A DNA stretch of 64,000 nt, taken from NCBI GenBank assembly GCA_963764625.1, contig CAVXTH010000005.1, positions 256,001-320,000 of the forward strand, in the 5' to 3' direction. Origin of the DNA: Candidatus Krumholzibacteriota bacterium (GTDB taxonomy: Bacteria; Krumholzibacteriota; Krumholzibacteriia; JAJRXK01). The notes below the pieces were generated by a model that saw only the letters and a list, made by a program, of their open reading frames with translations, searched no databases and was not told the origin of the DNA. Made by a program: the position numbers and the translations under genes. Positions 50,510-60,162 of the stretch are shown here, one piece after another (position 1 is the first letter of the stretch; each line of letters begins with the position of its first letter).

Positions 50510-52357
50510 ATGATGATCACTCCGCGCGACACCAAGAACGGGGGCGGTACGCTCAAGCGAGAAGACATCGATCCGCGCTATCAGTGGCGGCTCGAAGACA
50601 TTTACGAGAACTTCGACTCCTGGCGGGTGGACTTCAAGAAGCTCGAGGGCATGATTGACAAGATGATCGCTCTCAAGGGAAGTCTGAACCAAGGGTCGGG
50701 GTCCCTGCTCCAGGCGCTCCAACTCAATGACGAAATCGATCAGCTGGCCTATCGGGTCTACTACTTCGCGGCGCTGAAAGCGGACGAGGACGTCCGGCGC
50801 AACGATATCGACGCGATGCGGCAGGAGGTGAGCCTTTTATTCGCGCGCAGCGCCACCGCCACCGCCTGGTTCAATCCCGAGTTGATCTCGCTCGGCCAGG
50901 ACACCGTAAACTCGTGGATGGATGAGAACGAAGATCTCGCGCTCTATCGCTACGCGATGCGCCAGCTCTTTCGCCAGCAGGAGCACGTGCTGGACGAGGC
51001 GAGTGAGACTCTGCTCAGCTATGGCTCTTCGTTCAATTCTTCGCCGTCGGAGATCTATTCCATGCTCTCCACCGCTGACATTCGGTATCCAGTGCTGAAG
51101 CTGTCCACCGGAGAGGAAGTACAGCTCACCTATGGCCGGTACTACGCCATCTTATCCAAGCAGCGAAACCAGGAGGATCGAGCCAAGGCGTTTCACGGGC
51201 TCTACGAGACCTTTGCCGCCAACAGCAACACCTACGCCGCCCTTTACAACGCCATTTGTCAACGCGACTGGGCTCGCGCGCAGGCGCGCCGGTACGACTC
51301 CTGTCTGGAAGCGGTACTCCACGGCGACGCGATTCCCTCTTCGGTGGTGACGAACCTCATCGAGAGCACCAGAAAAGGCACAGCTCCCCTGCACCGGTAC
51401 TACGAATTGCGTAAGCGGGTATTGAATCTGAAGGAAATCCATCTCTATGACGGGACTCTGCCCCTGCTCGAGATCGACAAGCACTACGAATACGAAGCCG
51501 CGGTACAAGAGGTCTTGGCTTCGGTGGAACCTCTGGGAGAGAGTTACCATCGCCGCATGGAGGAGGCGTTTTCAAAACGCTGGATCGACGTGTTCGAAAA
51601 CGAGGGCAAGCGAACAGGAGCTTACTCGGCCGGCGTATACGGGGTGCACCCCTACGTGCTGTTGAACTTCAACCAGACCCTGGACAACATCTTCACCATT
51701 GCGCACGAGATGGGCCACACCATGCACACCGTGCTCGCCAACGAGAGCCAACCCTTCTGTTACTCCGATTACACCATCTTCGTGGCGGAAGTGGCGTCGA
51801 CTCTCAACGAACGGCTTCTCCTCGATCACATGCTCGCGCACACCGATGATTCCCGCGAGAGGATTCTCCTGCTGCAGCACGCGATCGATTCGATCGTGGG
51901 CACTTTCTACAGCCAGGTCCTCTTCGCCGCGTTCGAACTCGAGGCGCATCGCATCGTGGAGCGCGGCGAACCGGTGACAGCGGAAGTCCTGAACGAACTC
52001 TATTCCTCACTACAATCGGAATGGTACGGAAAGGGCGTTACGCTGGACGAACTGTACGCAACTACCTGGGCCCGCATTCCCCATCTCTATCGCAGTCCGT
52101 ACTACGTGTATCAATACGCCACCTGCTTCGCCTCTTCGGCGCAGATCTTCACCAGCATCAAGAGCGAAGCGGCGGACAAGCGCGAGGAAATCACCGCGCG
52201 CTATCTCGACTTGCTTCGCGCCGGTGGCAGTGATGATCCGATGGAGCTGTTGAAACGGGCGGGCGTCGATCTGAGTCGCGCCGAGCCGGTGCAGGCCGTG
52301 GTCGATCAGTTGGACGAATTGGTCCGTGGTCTGGAAGGCGAATTCGCCCAGCTCTGA
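50510..52357 (+). CDS. pepF: Oligoendopeptidase F (M3B)
   Basis: GKRTGAYS, HEMGHTMH, FVAEVAST and WARIPH motifs. Confidence 0.96.
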   Translation: MMITPRDTKNGGGTLKREDIDPRYQWRLEDIYENFDSWRVDFKKLEGMIDKMIALKGSLNQGSGSLLQALQLNDEIDQLAYRVYYFAALKADEDVRRNDIDAMRQEVSLLFARSATATAWFNPELISLGQDTVNSWMDENEDLALYRYAMRQLFRQQEHVLDEASETLLSYGSSFNSSPSEIYSMLSTADIRYPVLKLSTGEEVQLTYGRYYAILSKQRNQEDRAKAFHGLYETFAANSNTYAALYNAICQRDWARAQARRYDSCLEAVLHGDAIPSSVVTNLIESTRKGTAPLHRYYELRKRVLNLKEIHLYDGTLPLLEIDKHYEYEAAVQEVLASVEPLGESYHRRMEEAFSKRWIDVFENEGKRTGAYSAGVYGVHPYVLLNFNQTLDNIFTIAHEMGHTMHTVLANESQPFCYSDYTIFVAEVASTLNERLLLDHMLAHTDDSRERILLLQHAIDSIVGTFYSQVLFAAFELEAHRIVERGEPVTAEVLNELYSSLQSEWYGKGVTLDELYATTWARIPHLYRSPYYVYQYATCFASSAQIFTSIKSEAADKREEITARYLDLLRAGGSDDPMELLKRAGVDLSRAEPVQAVVDQLDELVRGLEGEFAQL

Positions 52358-52369
52358 GCTCAGCCGCCG

Positions 52370-54080
52370 CTAGTGCCAGACGAGGGCTCCCCCCGCGCCG
52401 TCATCGAGACCCAGATGCAGCGGGAACTGGGTCGAATCCGCAGCGCTCACCAAACCCGCCCCCCCTACATCGGTCACGATCGACTGGCTGGGGTCCTCGA
52501 TGACCTGGAAGTAGTATTCAAAAGTCTGGAAAACCTTCGTATTGCGTGCCCGCGCGAGCAGGGTGATTTCTCCCATTTGACGGCGCAGATAGTCGCCGAC
52601 CCCGCAAAAATCCAATCCGGTCACGCCCTCGCAGGTCCCTGGCTCGAAGAAATCCGGGTTCGCCCAGAGCAGATTGGGCACGAAGATCTCGATCGCGGTA
52701 TCTCCCGACAGCAGCAGCTCGCCTTTCGAAGTGACATCACGGAAGTTCGAGAGATCGTCGAACCTTCCCCCGTTCTGCAAGAGGTTGTCCGGGTCGTTCT
52801 CGCCACGCCACTCGTAGGAGAAAGATTGAGCGGCACCGAATCCACCGGTGTCCGGTTCGCGCGGGCTCCCCACCCCGTTGAGTTTCACCGGAATGCGAAA
52901 GAGGGTTCCCTGCCACACTTCGGCCCCGCTCAATGCGATGTCCAGGAAACGATCCCCCGTCCAGTAACGGGTCACGTTGGCAAGGGCCTGGTAGCTGACG
53001 GTGTTCTGCGGCCAGGTGCCATCGTTCGGATCACGCAGCAGCAACTGGTCGCTCGAAGTGGGTGCGATGGCCGAGACCTGGGGGGCGAATCCGGTGTGGA
53101 ACGAGAACTCGACCGGAGTCGGATCGACGGCCCGCAAGCGGTCGACGGCCCGGCCGAAGAAGGTGTAGTCGAAGGCTCCCGTCTTGAACGCGAGGGTATC
53201 TGACTCCACCGGCAGGCTGTAGTTGGTTTGCAGCTGTCGCGGCGGCCCACTCCGTGATTCCATTTCGTAGCGGCCCTGGAAGCGCACGCGGGGGAGAGAC
53301 GCCGTCTTCAAGACCACCGGATCGGGATCCTGACCGGTCAATTTGAACACGACCTCCGCTCCCGCCGGAATGGTATCGCCAGCCGCGATGGTGGCTCTGA
53401 GCTCCCCTCCCGTGCCGTCCTCCATGTGGTAGTAGGGATAGGTCGCGTCGACAACGAGTTGGGTGGTGGGAGCTTCGTTCACGATTTCGAATTGGAGACG
53501 CGCCTGGTCCAACGGAGTCTCCTCTCCGCTCCTCGGTCGAGGCGAACACCCAGAACGAGTGGATCTGGTCGGAGGAGAAGAGCAAAACCTCGGGACAATC
53601 TCCTCCGGTTGGACAACGGGAGGTGATCTGCTCGATGGGCGTCGAATTCTCACAGAAGAAGGACTGTTGATCACTCCAGTAGGGCATGTCGGCTGCGTCG
53701 CGCGGCATCCGGCGGTCGCCCTCTTGGGGAAGCTGCGTAGCGCGATACTGGAACCCACGAATGGCGGTGGAGGGATCTACCAGTTCCCATTCGATGCGGA
53801 AAGACTCGGCCCCAGGGATTCGTGCCGTCGCCGTGCGCTGTGGTGAATCCGCGTCGGGTCCCTGTGAGGTACCCTTCCAGAGCAACAGAGAGCCGGGTGC
53901 GAGCTTGGGGCTCGTCGTGACCTGATAGACCGAGAAGTGAATGTTTAGGTTCGACCCGCCGGGTTGAACCAAGCCACCACCGCCCGGGTTGTCCGACGAA
54001 CACGAGGAAAGACCCGTGGCAAGGGCAAGGCCCAGGAGCAGGCCCAGAGCGAAGTGGCCGCGGGACCGGCGGTTTCTCAT
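52370..54080 (-). CDS. Large hypothetical lipoprotein; +1 frameshift at ~53530
   Basis: Lipobox LSSC in ORF 53031..54167 (ATG 54080), continuing in ORF 52370..53758 (NEAPTT, RAVD..AVDPTP Ig/FN3-like patterns). Confidence 0.7.
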
Positions 54081-54218
54081 GAACACACTCTCCCAATGAA
54101 AAGAGAACGACCCGGGTAAGCCCAGAATCTGGTGGGGCGACGCGCGCGCCTCTCGTAGAATGTCCAAAGTCCAATCCGCCGCGTCAAGTCATCACGGCTG
54201 GGTAGAGGGAGGTCTCTC

Positions 54219-54884
54219 ATGCGAGTACTCGGGTTCGGTTGGGTTCTTCTGGCTGTATTTCTGCTCTCCCCGCCAGCTTCGGCCGGCCCACTCAAAGCCA
54301 TCGCGCTGAAGGGCGGAGTTTATAAAGGCAATCAAGACTACGACTTCGGCGGACAGAAGCTCTTCGAGCCCAACGGGCGCTGGACCGGCACCGGCGGTAT
54401 CTCGCTCGAATGGAAATTCGGGCGGCGCACTAATCTCCGTCTCCTCACCGAGGCGATCTACACGCCGAAGCAGATCCAGCAGGACGTGCTCGTGTTGGAC
54501 GACTCGGGCCAGCCCACCGGGGAGACGCAAACGTTGCATGGGGGACTGAACTATCTGAGCATTCCCGTGCTGGCCAAACTCCAAACCGCGGACCAAGCCT
54601 CGAATCTCTACTTTCTGGTGGGCTTCAGCGCCGATCTGGTGCTCAGCCGGGATGACTTCCTCCTCGTTTTTCAGGACTTCCACAATACGGTGATTTCCGC
54701 CCAGGTGGGAATGGGGCTGGACAACGCGTTCACCGACCATTTGGGTGGCGTGCTCGAATTTCGGTACATTCAAAACGTGATGAATGCGTACGGCGGAGAA
54801 GACCTCGGGCCGTACGTGAGGCTGAACTCGATCCGTCAGCGCGGATTCTGCATCATGCTTGGCTTGCGGTACCTGCGCGGATAA
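54219..54884 (+). CDS. Outer-membrane beta-barrel protein (porin/PorT-like family)
   Basis: Signal peptide, LNYLSIPVLAK motif, and terminal strand LGLRY. Confidence 0.8.
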   Translation: MRVLGFGWVLLAVFLLSPPASAGPLKAIALKGGVYKGNQDYDFGGQKLFEPNGRWTGTGGISLEWKFGRRTNLRLLTEAIYTPKQIQQDVLVLDDSGQPTGETQTLHGGLNYLSIPVLAKLQTADQASNLYFLVGFSADLVLSRDDFLLVFQDFHNTVISAQVGMGLDNAFTDHLGGVLEFRYIQNVMNAYGGEDLGPYVRLNSIRQRGFCIMLGLRYLRG

Positions 54885-54890
54885 TTCTCC

Positions 54891-55550
54891 ATGCGAACTC
54901 TGTCTTCATTTCTTTGGCGTCTTGCGATCCCGCGCGCGCTTCTGGGCGGGACGCTACTGCTCTTAGTGCTCCTGTATGCCGAAACTCCCGCGCGCGCGCA
55001 GAGTCGGCCTATGCCACTGCGCCGCCCTCCGGTCGAGGAAGGCATCAAGCACATCTGGGCCCTTCATATCATGTTTTCCGCCCCCGAGCCCATGATCGGA
55101 GGCGCCGTGCACTACGTGCCCGCGCACGGATGGGGAGGGTACGGGTCTCTGTGGATCGCGACCAGCAACACCGCGGATGAAACTTACTACTACGAGAGTC
55201 TCGATCGGGAGACGGTGGAAGGACTTCTGGGAGGCACGCCAGAGAAGATCGTGCGCGATTGGGGAGGCGGACGGGCCGGGCTCACGCGGCGCCTGAGCCG
55301 CGAACTCTACGCCTACGGCGGCATCGGGTTCATGCGCTCCCACAATTTCCAGCAGTATCAGAACGTCCTGCGGCCCACCGCCGGTCCCGACGGCCGGCTG
55401 TGGATCGACGCTTCGGATCCGGATACCGTGAAATTCGTGGCGGAGATCGGCGGGGTTCTCTACACCGAAAGCGGATTCGCGTTCTCCGTGGGCCTGGGAA
55501 CCTTCCCGGTCGGCGTGACCGTCGGACTCGGCTTCGGAACCAAGCTGTAG
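54891..55550 (+). CDS. Probable small outer-membrane beta-barrel protein
   Basis: Signal peptide and Gly/aromatic-rich strands ending VGLGFG. Confidence 0.65.
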   Translation: MRTLSSFLWRLAIPRALLGGTLLLLVLLYAETPARAQSRPMPLRRPPVEEGIKHIWALHIMFSAPEPMIGGAVHYVPAHGWGGYGSLWIATSNTADETYYYESLDRETVEGLLGGTPEKIVRDWGGGRAGLTRRLSRELYAYGGIGFMRSHNFQQYQNVLRPTAGPDGRLWIDASDPDTVKFVAEIGGVLYTESGFAFSVGLGTFPVGVTVGLGFGTKL

Positions 55551-55584
55551 AGTTGGCTCCGCTCGAGGTAGAAAGTCGCCCGAC

Positions 55585-55848
55585 TCAATCGCAGTCGACG
55601 CTGTCCGGCTGGAGGTTCTCGCATTTGATGCTCTCGGTCATTCCCGAGGCCAGCTCCGCGCAGCACGCGCGTTGCGCCGATTTCACCGCGTCCTGTTTGC
55701 TCTTGCCGGAACCGTTGCGGCACACGGTCTGTTGCTCGTAGGTTACGCAGACTTTGCAGTTGACTCTTCTCACTCCGCGCACCGCGAAGATCGCGAGCAG
55801 AACGACCGCGAGAGTGAACCCTAGACCCAGGACACCACCCTTGGACAT
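55585..55848 (-). CDS. Small membrane-anchored Cys-rich protein (87 aa, 7 Cys)
   Basis: N-terminal TM then CKVC...C...CC...C...C; GAGG RBS. Confidence 0.8.
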   Translation of the reverse strand: MSKGGVLGLGFTLAVVLLAIFAVRGVRRVNCKVCVTYEQQTVCRNGSGKSKQDAVKSAQRACCAELASGMTESIKCENLQPDSVDCD

Positions 55849-55959
55849 GATACGAACCTCCACTGGGTCACGGGGGTGAGAACCAGACAACTTCGCGGCT
55901 CAGAATACCGAATTGCGATGGCGAGTGCCACACTTCAGAGGACGAAGACGGGAGCGAGA

Positions 55960-57420
55960 ATGAATCAGCCATCCCCACCCACGAGAGCTCCGGCGTTCCC
56001 GGCCGGGGCGACCTGGCTCAATGCCGCGTGCCCACCGCGGCTGGACGAGGAGCTGAAGGGACATATCGTAGTGCTCGACTTCTGGACCTATTGCTGCGTC
56101 AACTGCATGCACGTTCTCTGTGTTCTCGATGCCATCGAGCGAAGATTTGCGGATGAACCCGTCGTCGTGGTGGGCGTGCATTCCGCCAAGTTCACAGCCG
56201 AACGTGAACTCTCCCATCTGAAAGCCGCCATCGCCCGCCATCACATCCGGCACCCCGTCGTGGTCGACAACGAACACGAGCTGTGGCAGCACTATGCGAT
56301 CAAGGCCTGGCCCACTCTGGCACTCATCGACGCCAAAGGGCGCTTGCGCGAGATTCTGGCGGGGGAAATCCGCGAGAATGAGCTGGCCGAGAAGATCGAG
56401 GCGCTGCTGGCCGTGGCAAGAGTGGAGGGCTCGCTGGCGGAAGAGCCCTGGAGAGCTTCGACGAAGCAAGAGGACGGCCGTCCACCATCCCTTTCGAAGC
56501 CTTCGCTCCTCCGTCATCCCGGCAGAGTCCTGGTTCATGGAGAGAGAATCTACATCGCCGACACCGGGCACCACCGCGTTCTGGAGAGCGATCGGTCTGG
56601 GCGCGTCTTGCGCTCCTTCGGCGAATCGGGAGCCCTGCACTTCAAGGATCCCCAGGGACTGGCCCGGCTCGGGGACCAACTCGTGGTGGCGGACACGGGA
56701 AACCACATGCTCAAAAGCGTGGATCTGGCCTCGGGGAGCATCACGGCGCTGGCGGGTACGGGTGAATTGTGGCGAGGAGAACCGCTGGGGGTCTCACCCC
56801 TACCCACCGAGATGTCGCTGCGTTCGCCGTGGGATCTATGCGCGAGTAACGGGATCGTGCTGGTAGCGATGGCCGGAAGTCATCAGATCTGGCTCTACGA
56901 CCCCGAGCGAGAGATTTTCGGTCCCTTCGCCGGAAACGGCGCGGAAGATCACCGCGACGGCCCTCTGCGCGAAGCCTCGTTCGCCCAGCCCAGCGGTCTC
57001 GCTCTTCTGGGCAACTACCTCTTTGTCGCCGACAGCGAGGTATCCAGCGTGCGCGCCGTAAATCTCCAGACCCAGCGGGTGGAAACTCTCACCGGACTCG
57101 GGCTCTTCGATTTCGGTGATCGCGACGGCCCCGCGCAAGAGGCGCGTCTCCAGCACCCGCTGGACGTTTGCGTGGGGTTCGCAAAGGACCGCCCTCTGGT
57201 CTACGTGGCGGATACCTTCAACAACAAGATCAAGTCCATCGAGCTGGAGAGCCTGGAGGTGAGAACGGTGTTGGGAGACGGCAGCGCGAGCGAGCTTCAC
57301 GAGCCCCAGGGAATGGACTCTCTCGGCCAGGAGATCCTCATCTGCGACACCAACAACCATCGCCTGCGCCTGGGCGACCCCGTTGGCGGGAGCCTCCGCG
57401 ATTTTCCTCTGCGCGACTGA
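55960..57420 (+). CDS. Thioredoxin-like + NHL-repeat protein (NHLRC2 homologue)
   Basis: LDFWTYCCVNCMH and GVHSAKF motifs; NHL repeats IADTGHHR, SPWD, AQPSG, QHPL and EP.G. Confidence 0.93.
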   Translation: MNQPSPPTRAPAFPAGATWLNAACPPRLDEELKGHIVVLDFWTYCCVNCMHVLCVLDAIERRFADEPVVVVGVHSAKFTAERELSHLKAAIARHHIRHPVVVDNEHELWQHYAIKAWPTLALIDAKGRLREILAGEIRENELAEKIEALLAVARVEGSLAEEPWRASTKQEDGRPPSLSKPSLLRHPGRVLVHGERIYIADTGHHRVLESDRSGRVLRSFGESGALHFKDPQGLARLGDQLVVADTGNHMLKSVDLASGSITALAGTGELWRGEPLGVSPLPTEMSLRSPWDLCASNGIVLVAMAGSHQIWLYDPEREIFGPFAGNGAEDHRDGPLREASFAQPSGLALLGNYLFVADSEVSSVRAVNLQTQRVETLTGLGLFDFGDRDGPAQEARLQHPLDVCVGFAKDRPLVYVADTFNNKIKSIELESLEVRTVLGDGSASELHEPQGMDSLGQEILICDTNNHRLRLGDPVGGSLRDFPLRD

Positions 57421-57483
57421 GCTCCCAGGTCGAGAAGACAACAGCCTAAGAAGCTGGGCCCAAGATGCTGCCTGGGGAGGGAC

Positions 57484-57831
57484 TCAAGCCGGGTCGGCGA
57501 TGTCCCAGCCCTTCGCCTGCTCCTCTTCGTGGATCTGATCGAGGGTCTTGGCCCCGTCCAGGGGTCCAGTGACCTCGGTGATGTTCGTCCCGGCCTCGAA
57601 GAGATCCCGGTTCTTGTCCGTCCAGTCCGTGTACTCCTCGGGCAGGTCGTCCTCGGGCCAGATCGCCTTGATCGGGCACTCCTCGATGCACAGGGTGCAA
57701 TCGATACACGTATCGGGGTCGATCACCAACATGTGAGGATCTTGAATCTCCCAAAAACAATCGACCGGACAGGCTTCGACACAGTCGGTGTAGCGGCAGT
57801 TTACGCAACGAGCGGTGACGACGTGGGCCAT
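57484..57831 (-). CDS. fdxA: 7Fe ferredoxin (FdxA type)
   Basis: CVNCRYTDCVEACPVDCF and IDPDTCIDCTLCIEECP motifs. Confidence 0.95.
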   Translation of the reverse strand: MAHVVTARCVNCRYTDCVEACPVDCFWEIQDPHMLVIDPDTCIDCTLCIEECPIKAIWPEDDLPEEYTDWTDKNRDLFEAGTNITEVTGPLDGAKTLDQIHEEEQAKGWDIADPA

Positions 57832-58013
57832 GGGATGGTCCTCCTTGACGCAGCTGGACATCTCCCGGGACAGAGCCGGGCGGTTCAGGGGCGAAGCCTA
57901 CGCCCACCGGTGGCGAGCGTCAATCGTCGGCTTGCCGGACCGAGGCGATTCCGCGTACCATGGGCCCTGCTTCAAGAAATCTCATTCGTCCTTTCGAGCC
58001 TGCGAGATCCTCA

Positions 58014-58808
58014 GTGCGCGTCTACCTCGATCTCTTGCAAAAGATCCTCGACGAAGGCTGTGACAAGCCTGATCGCACCGGCACCGGAACCCGCAGCATC
58101 TTCGGGTACCAGATGCGCTTCGATCTGGCCGAGGGCTTCCCGCTCTTGACCACCAAGAAGCTGCACCTGCGCAGCATCATCCACGAGCTCCTGTGGTTTC
58201 TTCGGGGAGAGACCAATTTGGCCTATCTCCACGATCATAAAGTGACGATCTGGGATGAATGGGCCGACGCCCACGGCGAACTCGGCCCTATCTACGGCTA
58301 CCAGTGGCGCAGTTGGCCCGCTCCCGACGGTCGCCACGTCGACCAGATCGCCCGCCTGCTCGAAGGACTGCGCGAGAATCCCGACAGTCGACGCCACCTC
58401 GTCTGCGCGTGGAACGTGGGGCAGATCGAGGAGATGGCGCTCCCCCCCTGCCACTGCCTCTTCCAGTTCTATGTGGCGAAAGGAAGGCTCTCCTGCCAAC
58501 TCTACCAGCGCAGCGCCGACGTCTTCCTCGGAGTGCCCTTCAACATCGCCAGCTACGCTCTTCTCACCATGATGATGGCACAGGTCACCGGGCTTGTGCC
58601 CGGTGAGTTCGTTCACACCTTCGGAGACGTGCATCTTTACGCGAATCACTTCGATCAGGCCAAGGCGCAGCTTACGCGCGAGCCGCGTGCCCTGCCGCGC
58701 ATGGTCCTCGACCCGGCCAGGGGGGAGCTCGGTGATTTCGTCTACGAGGATTTTCGGCTCCAAGGGTACGAGCCGCATCCGCACATCTCGGCCCCGGTTG
58801 CGATATGA
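58014..58808 (+). CDS. thyA: Thymidylate synthase
   Basis: [22 protein letters not shown] and [14 protein letters not shown] motifs. GTG start at 58014. Confidence 0.98.
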   Translation: MRVYLDLLQKILDEGCDKPDRTGTGTRSIFGYQMRFDLAEGFPLLTTKKLHLRSIIHELLWFLRGETNLAYLHDHKVTIWDEWADAHGELGPIYGYQWRSWPAPDGRHVDQIARLLEGLRENPDSRRHLVCAWNVGQIEEMALPPCHCLFQFYVAKGRLSCQLYQRSADVFLGVPFNIASYALLTMMMAQVTGLVPGEFVHTFGDVHLYANHFDQAKAQLTREPRALPRMVLDPARGELGDFVYEDFRLQGYEPHPHISAPVAI

Positions 58809-59320
58809 AAATCTCAATCCTCGTCGCGGCCTCCGAGAACGGAACCATCGGCCGTGGCGGGGATCTTCCTTGGCATCTCCCCACCGACCTCAAGCGCTTC
58901 AAACGCCTGACGATGGGGCACTGTCTCCTCATGGGCCGCAAGACCTTCGATACCATCGGGCAAGCCCTGCCCGGAAGGCAGACCGTGGTGCTCAGCCGGG
59001 ACCCTCAACTTCGGATCGAGGGAGTGCGCGTTCAGCACAGCTTCAACGATGCTCTCAAGACCTGCGAACAGCTCGAGCAAGACGAGCTCTTCGTGGTGGG
59101 GGGAGCCCAGATCTACCGCCTGGCGTTGCCCCATGCGCAGAAAGTGTATCTTACGCGCGTTCATTTCGTAGTCGAGGGAGACGCGAGTTTCCCCGAGCTT
59201 GCCGCCTCGAAGTGGCAGCTCTGCTGGGAGGAAGCTCACGAGCCCGAAAGCGAGGGCAGTCCCGCCTTCACCTTCCAAGTCTGGGAACGTGTGTCGACTG
59301 GCCTTGGCTCGGGGCAGTAG
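58805..59320 (+). CDS. folA: Dihydrofolate reductase
   Basis: [23 protein letters not shown] and VVGGAQIY motifs; ATGA overlap with thyA. Confidence 0.98.
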   Translation: MKISILVAASENGTIGRGGDLPWHLPTDLKRFKRLTMGHCLLMGRKTFDTIGQALPGRQTVVLSRDPQLRIEGVRVQHSFNDALKTCEQLEQDELFVVGGAQIYRLALPHAQKVYLTRVHFVVEGDASFPELAASKWQLCWEEAHEPESEGSPAFTFQVWERVSTGLGSGQ

Positions 59321-59366
59321 CGCGGACTATTGTTCTGGAGAGGCTTCGTTTCAGGGAGGGTATCCG

Positions 59367-59705
59367 ATGGATATGCGACAACGCGACGAAGGCGAGGTCG
59401 TCATCTTCGACCTTCAAGGCGAGTTGAGAGGTGGCCCCGCCGACGATGCGATCTTCAAGACTGGCGTCCAGAATACCATCGACGCCGGCGCTCTACACAT
59501 TCTTCTGAATCTCTCGGATCTAAGGTGGATCAACTCGACGGGCCTGGGGTTCATCGTGGCCGTCTATCACTCCATGCGCGATAAAGGGGGCACCCTCAAG
59601 ATGTGCCAACCCAACGAACGCATCGCGCACATCTTCGCCACCACTCGCTTCGACAAGGTCATCGGGATCTACCCGAGCGAGAAAGAGGCGCTCGCCTCGT
59701 TCTAG
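59367..59705 (+). CDS. STAS domain anti-sigma factor antagonist
   Basis: LLNLSDLRWINSTGLG motif; GGAGG RBS. Confidence 0.92.
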   Translation: MDMRQRDEGEVVIFDLQGELRGGPADDAIFKTGVQNTIDAGALHILLNLSDLRWINSTGLGFIVAVYHSMRDKGGTLKMCQPNERIAHIFATTRFDKVIGIYPSEKEALASF

Positions 59706-60115
59706 ATGTCGAGCACGCTTGCGGCGCGTTCGTAATCCTCGGGTCTCACGTACAGCAGATAACCGAAACGTCCGGCGCCGGCTTTGACCCCGCTCGAAGC
59801 GAAGACGTTGATTTTGGCGTCGTAGAGCTTGCGGTGAATCTCGCCCAAGGCTCCGAGTTCGTCCTCCCCTTCCACGAGAATCGCGCGTTGAGGTTGCGAG
59901 AGACTCAGGCCCAGACGTGGCGCCGCCCGAAGCAGGCTGCCGCTCTCAGCCGGAAAGAGAGTGAGTTGCGCTCGACTCGGCCCCACCGGCATGGCGCTGA
60001 ACGCGAGCATGTCCACTCCAGACTCCGCCAATGCATGCAAAATCTGATAGGTCGCACCCGGCCGGTCCTCGGTGCTGGCATAGTAATAGTCCACGCGCGA
60101 AATCTGAACTGCCAT
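59702..60115 (-). CDS. Tandem ACT domain protein
   Basis: EDRPGA..IL.AL.ESGVDMLAF and EDELGAL..I..KL.DAKINV repeats. Confidence 0.85.
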   Translation of the reverse strand: MAVQISRVDYYYASTEDRPGATYQILHALAESGVDMLAFSAMPVGPSRAQLTLFPAESGSLLRAAPRLGLSLSQPQRAILVEGEDELGALGEIHRKLYDAKINVFASSGVKAGAGRFGYLLYVRPEDYERAASVLDI

Positions 60116-60162
60116 GGCAGAACTCCTCCTGAGAATCGAAGACTTGCGCTCGACTCTTTACC

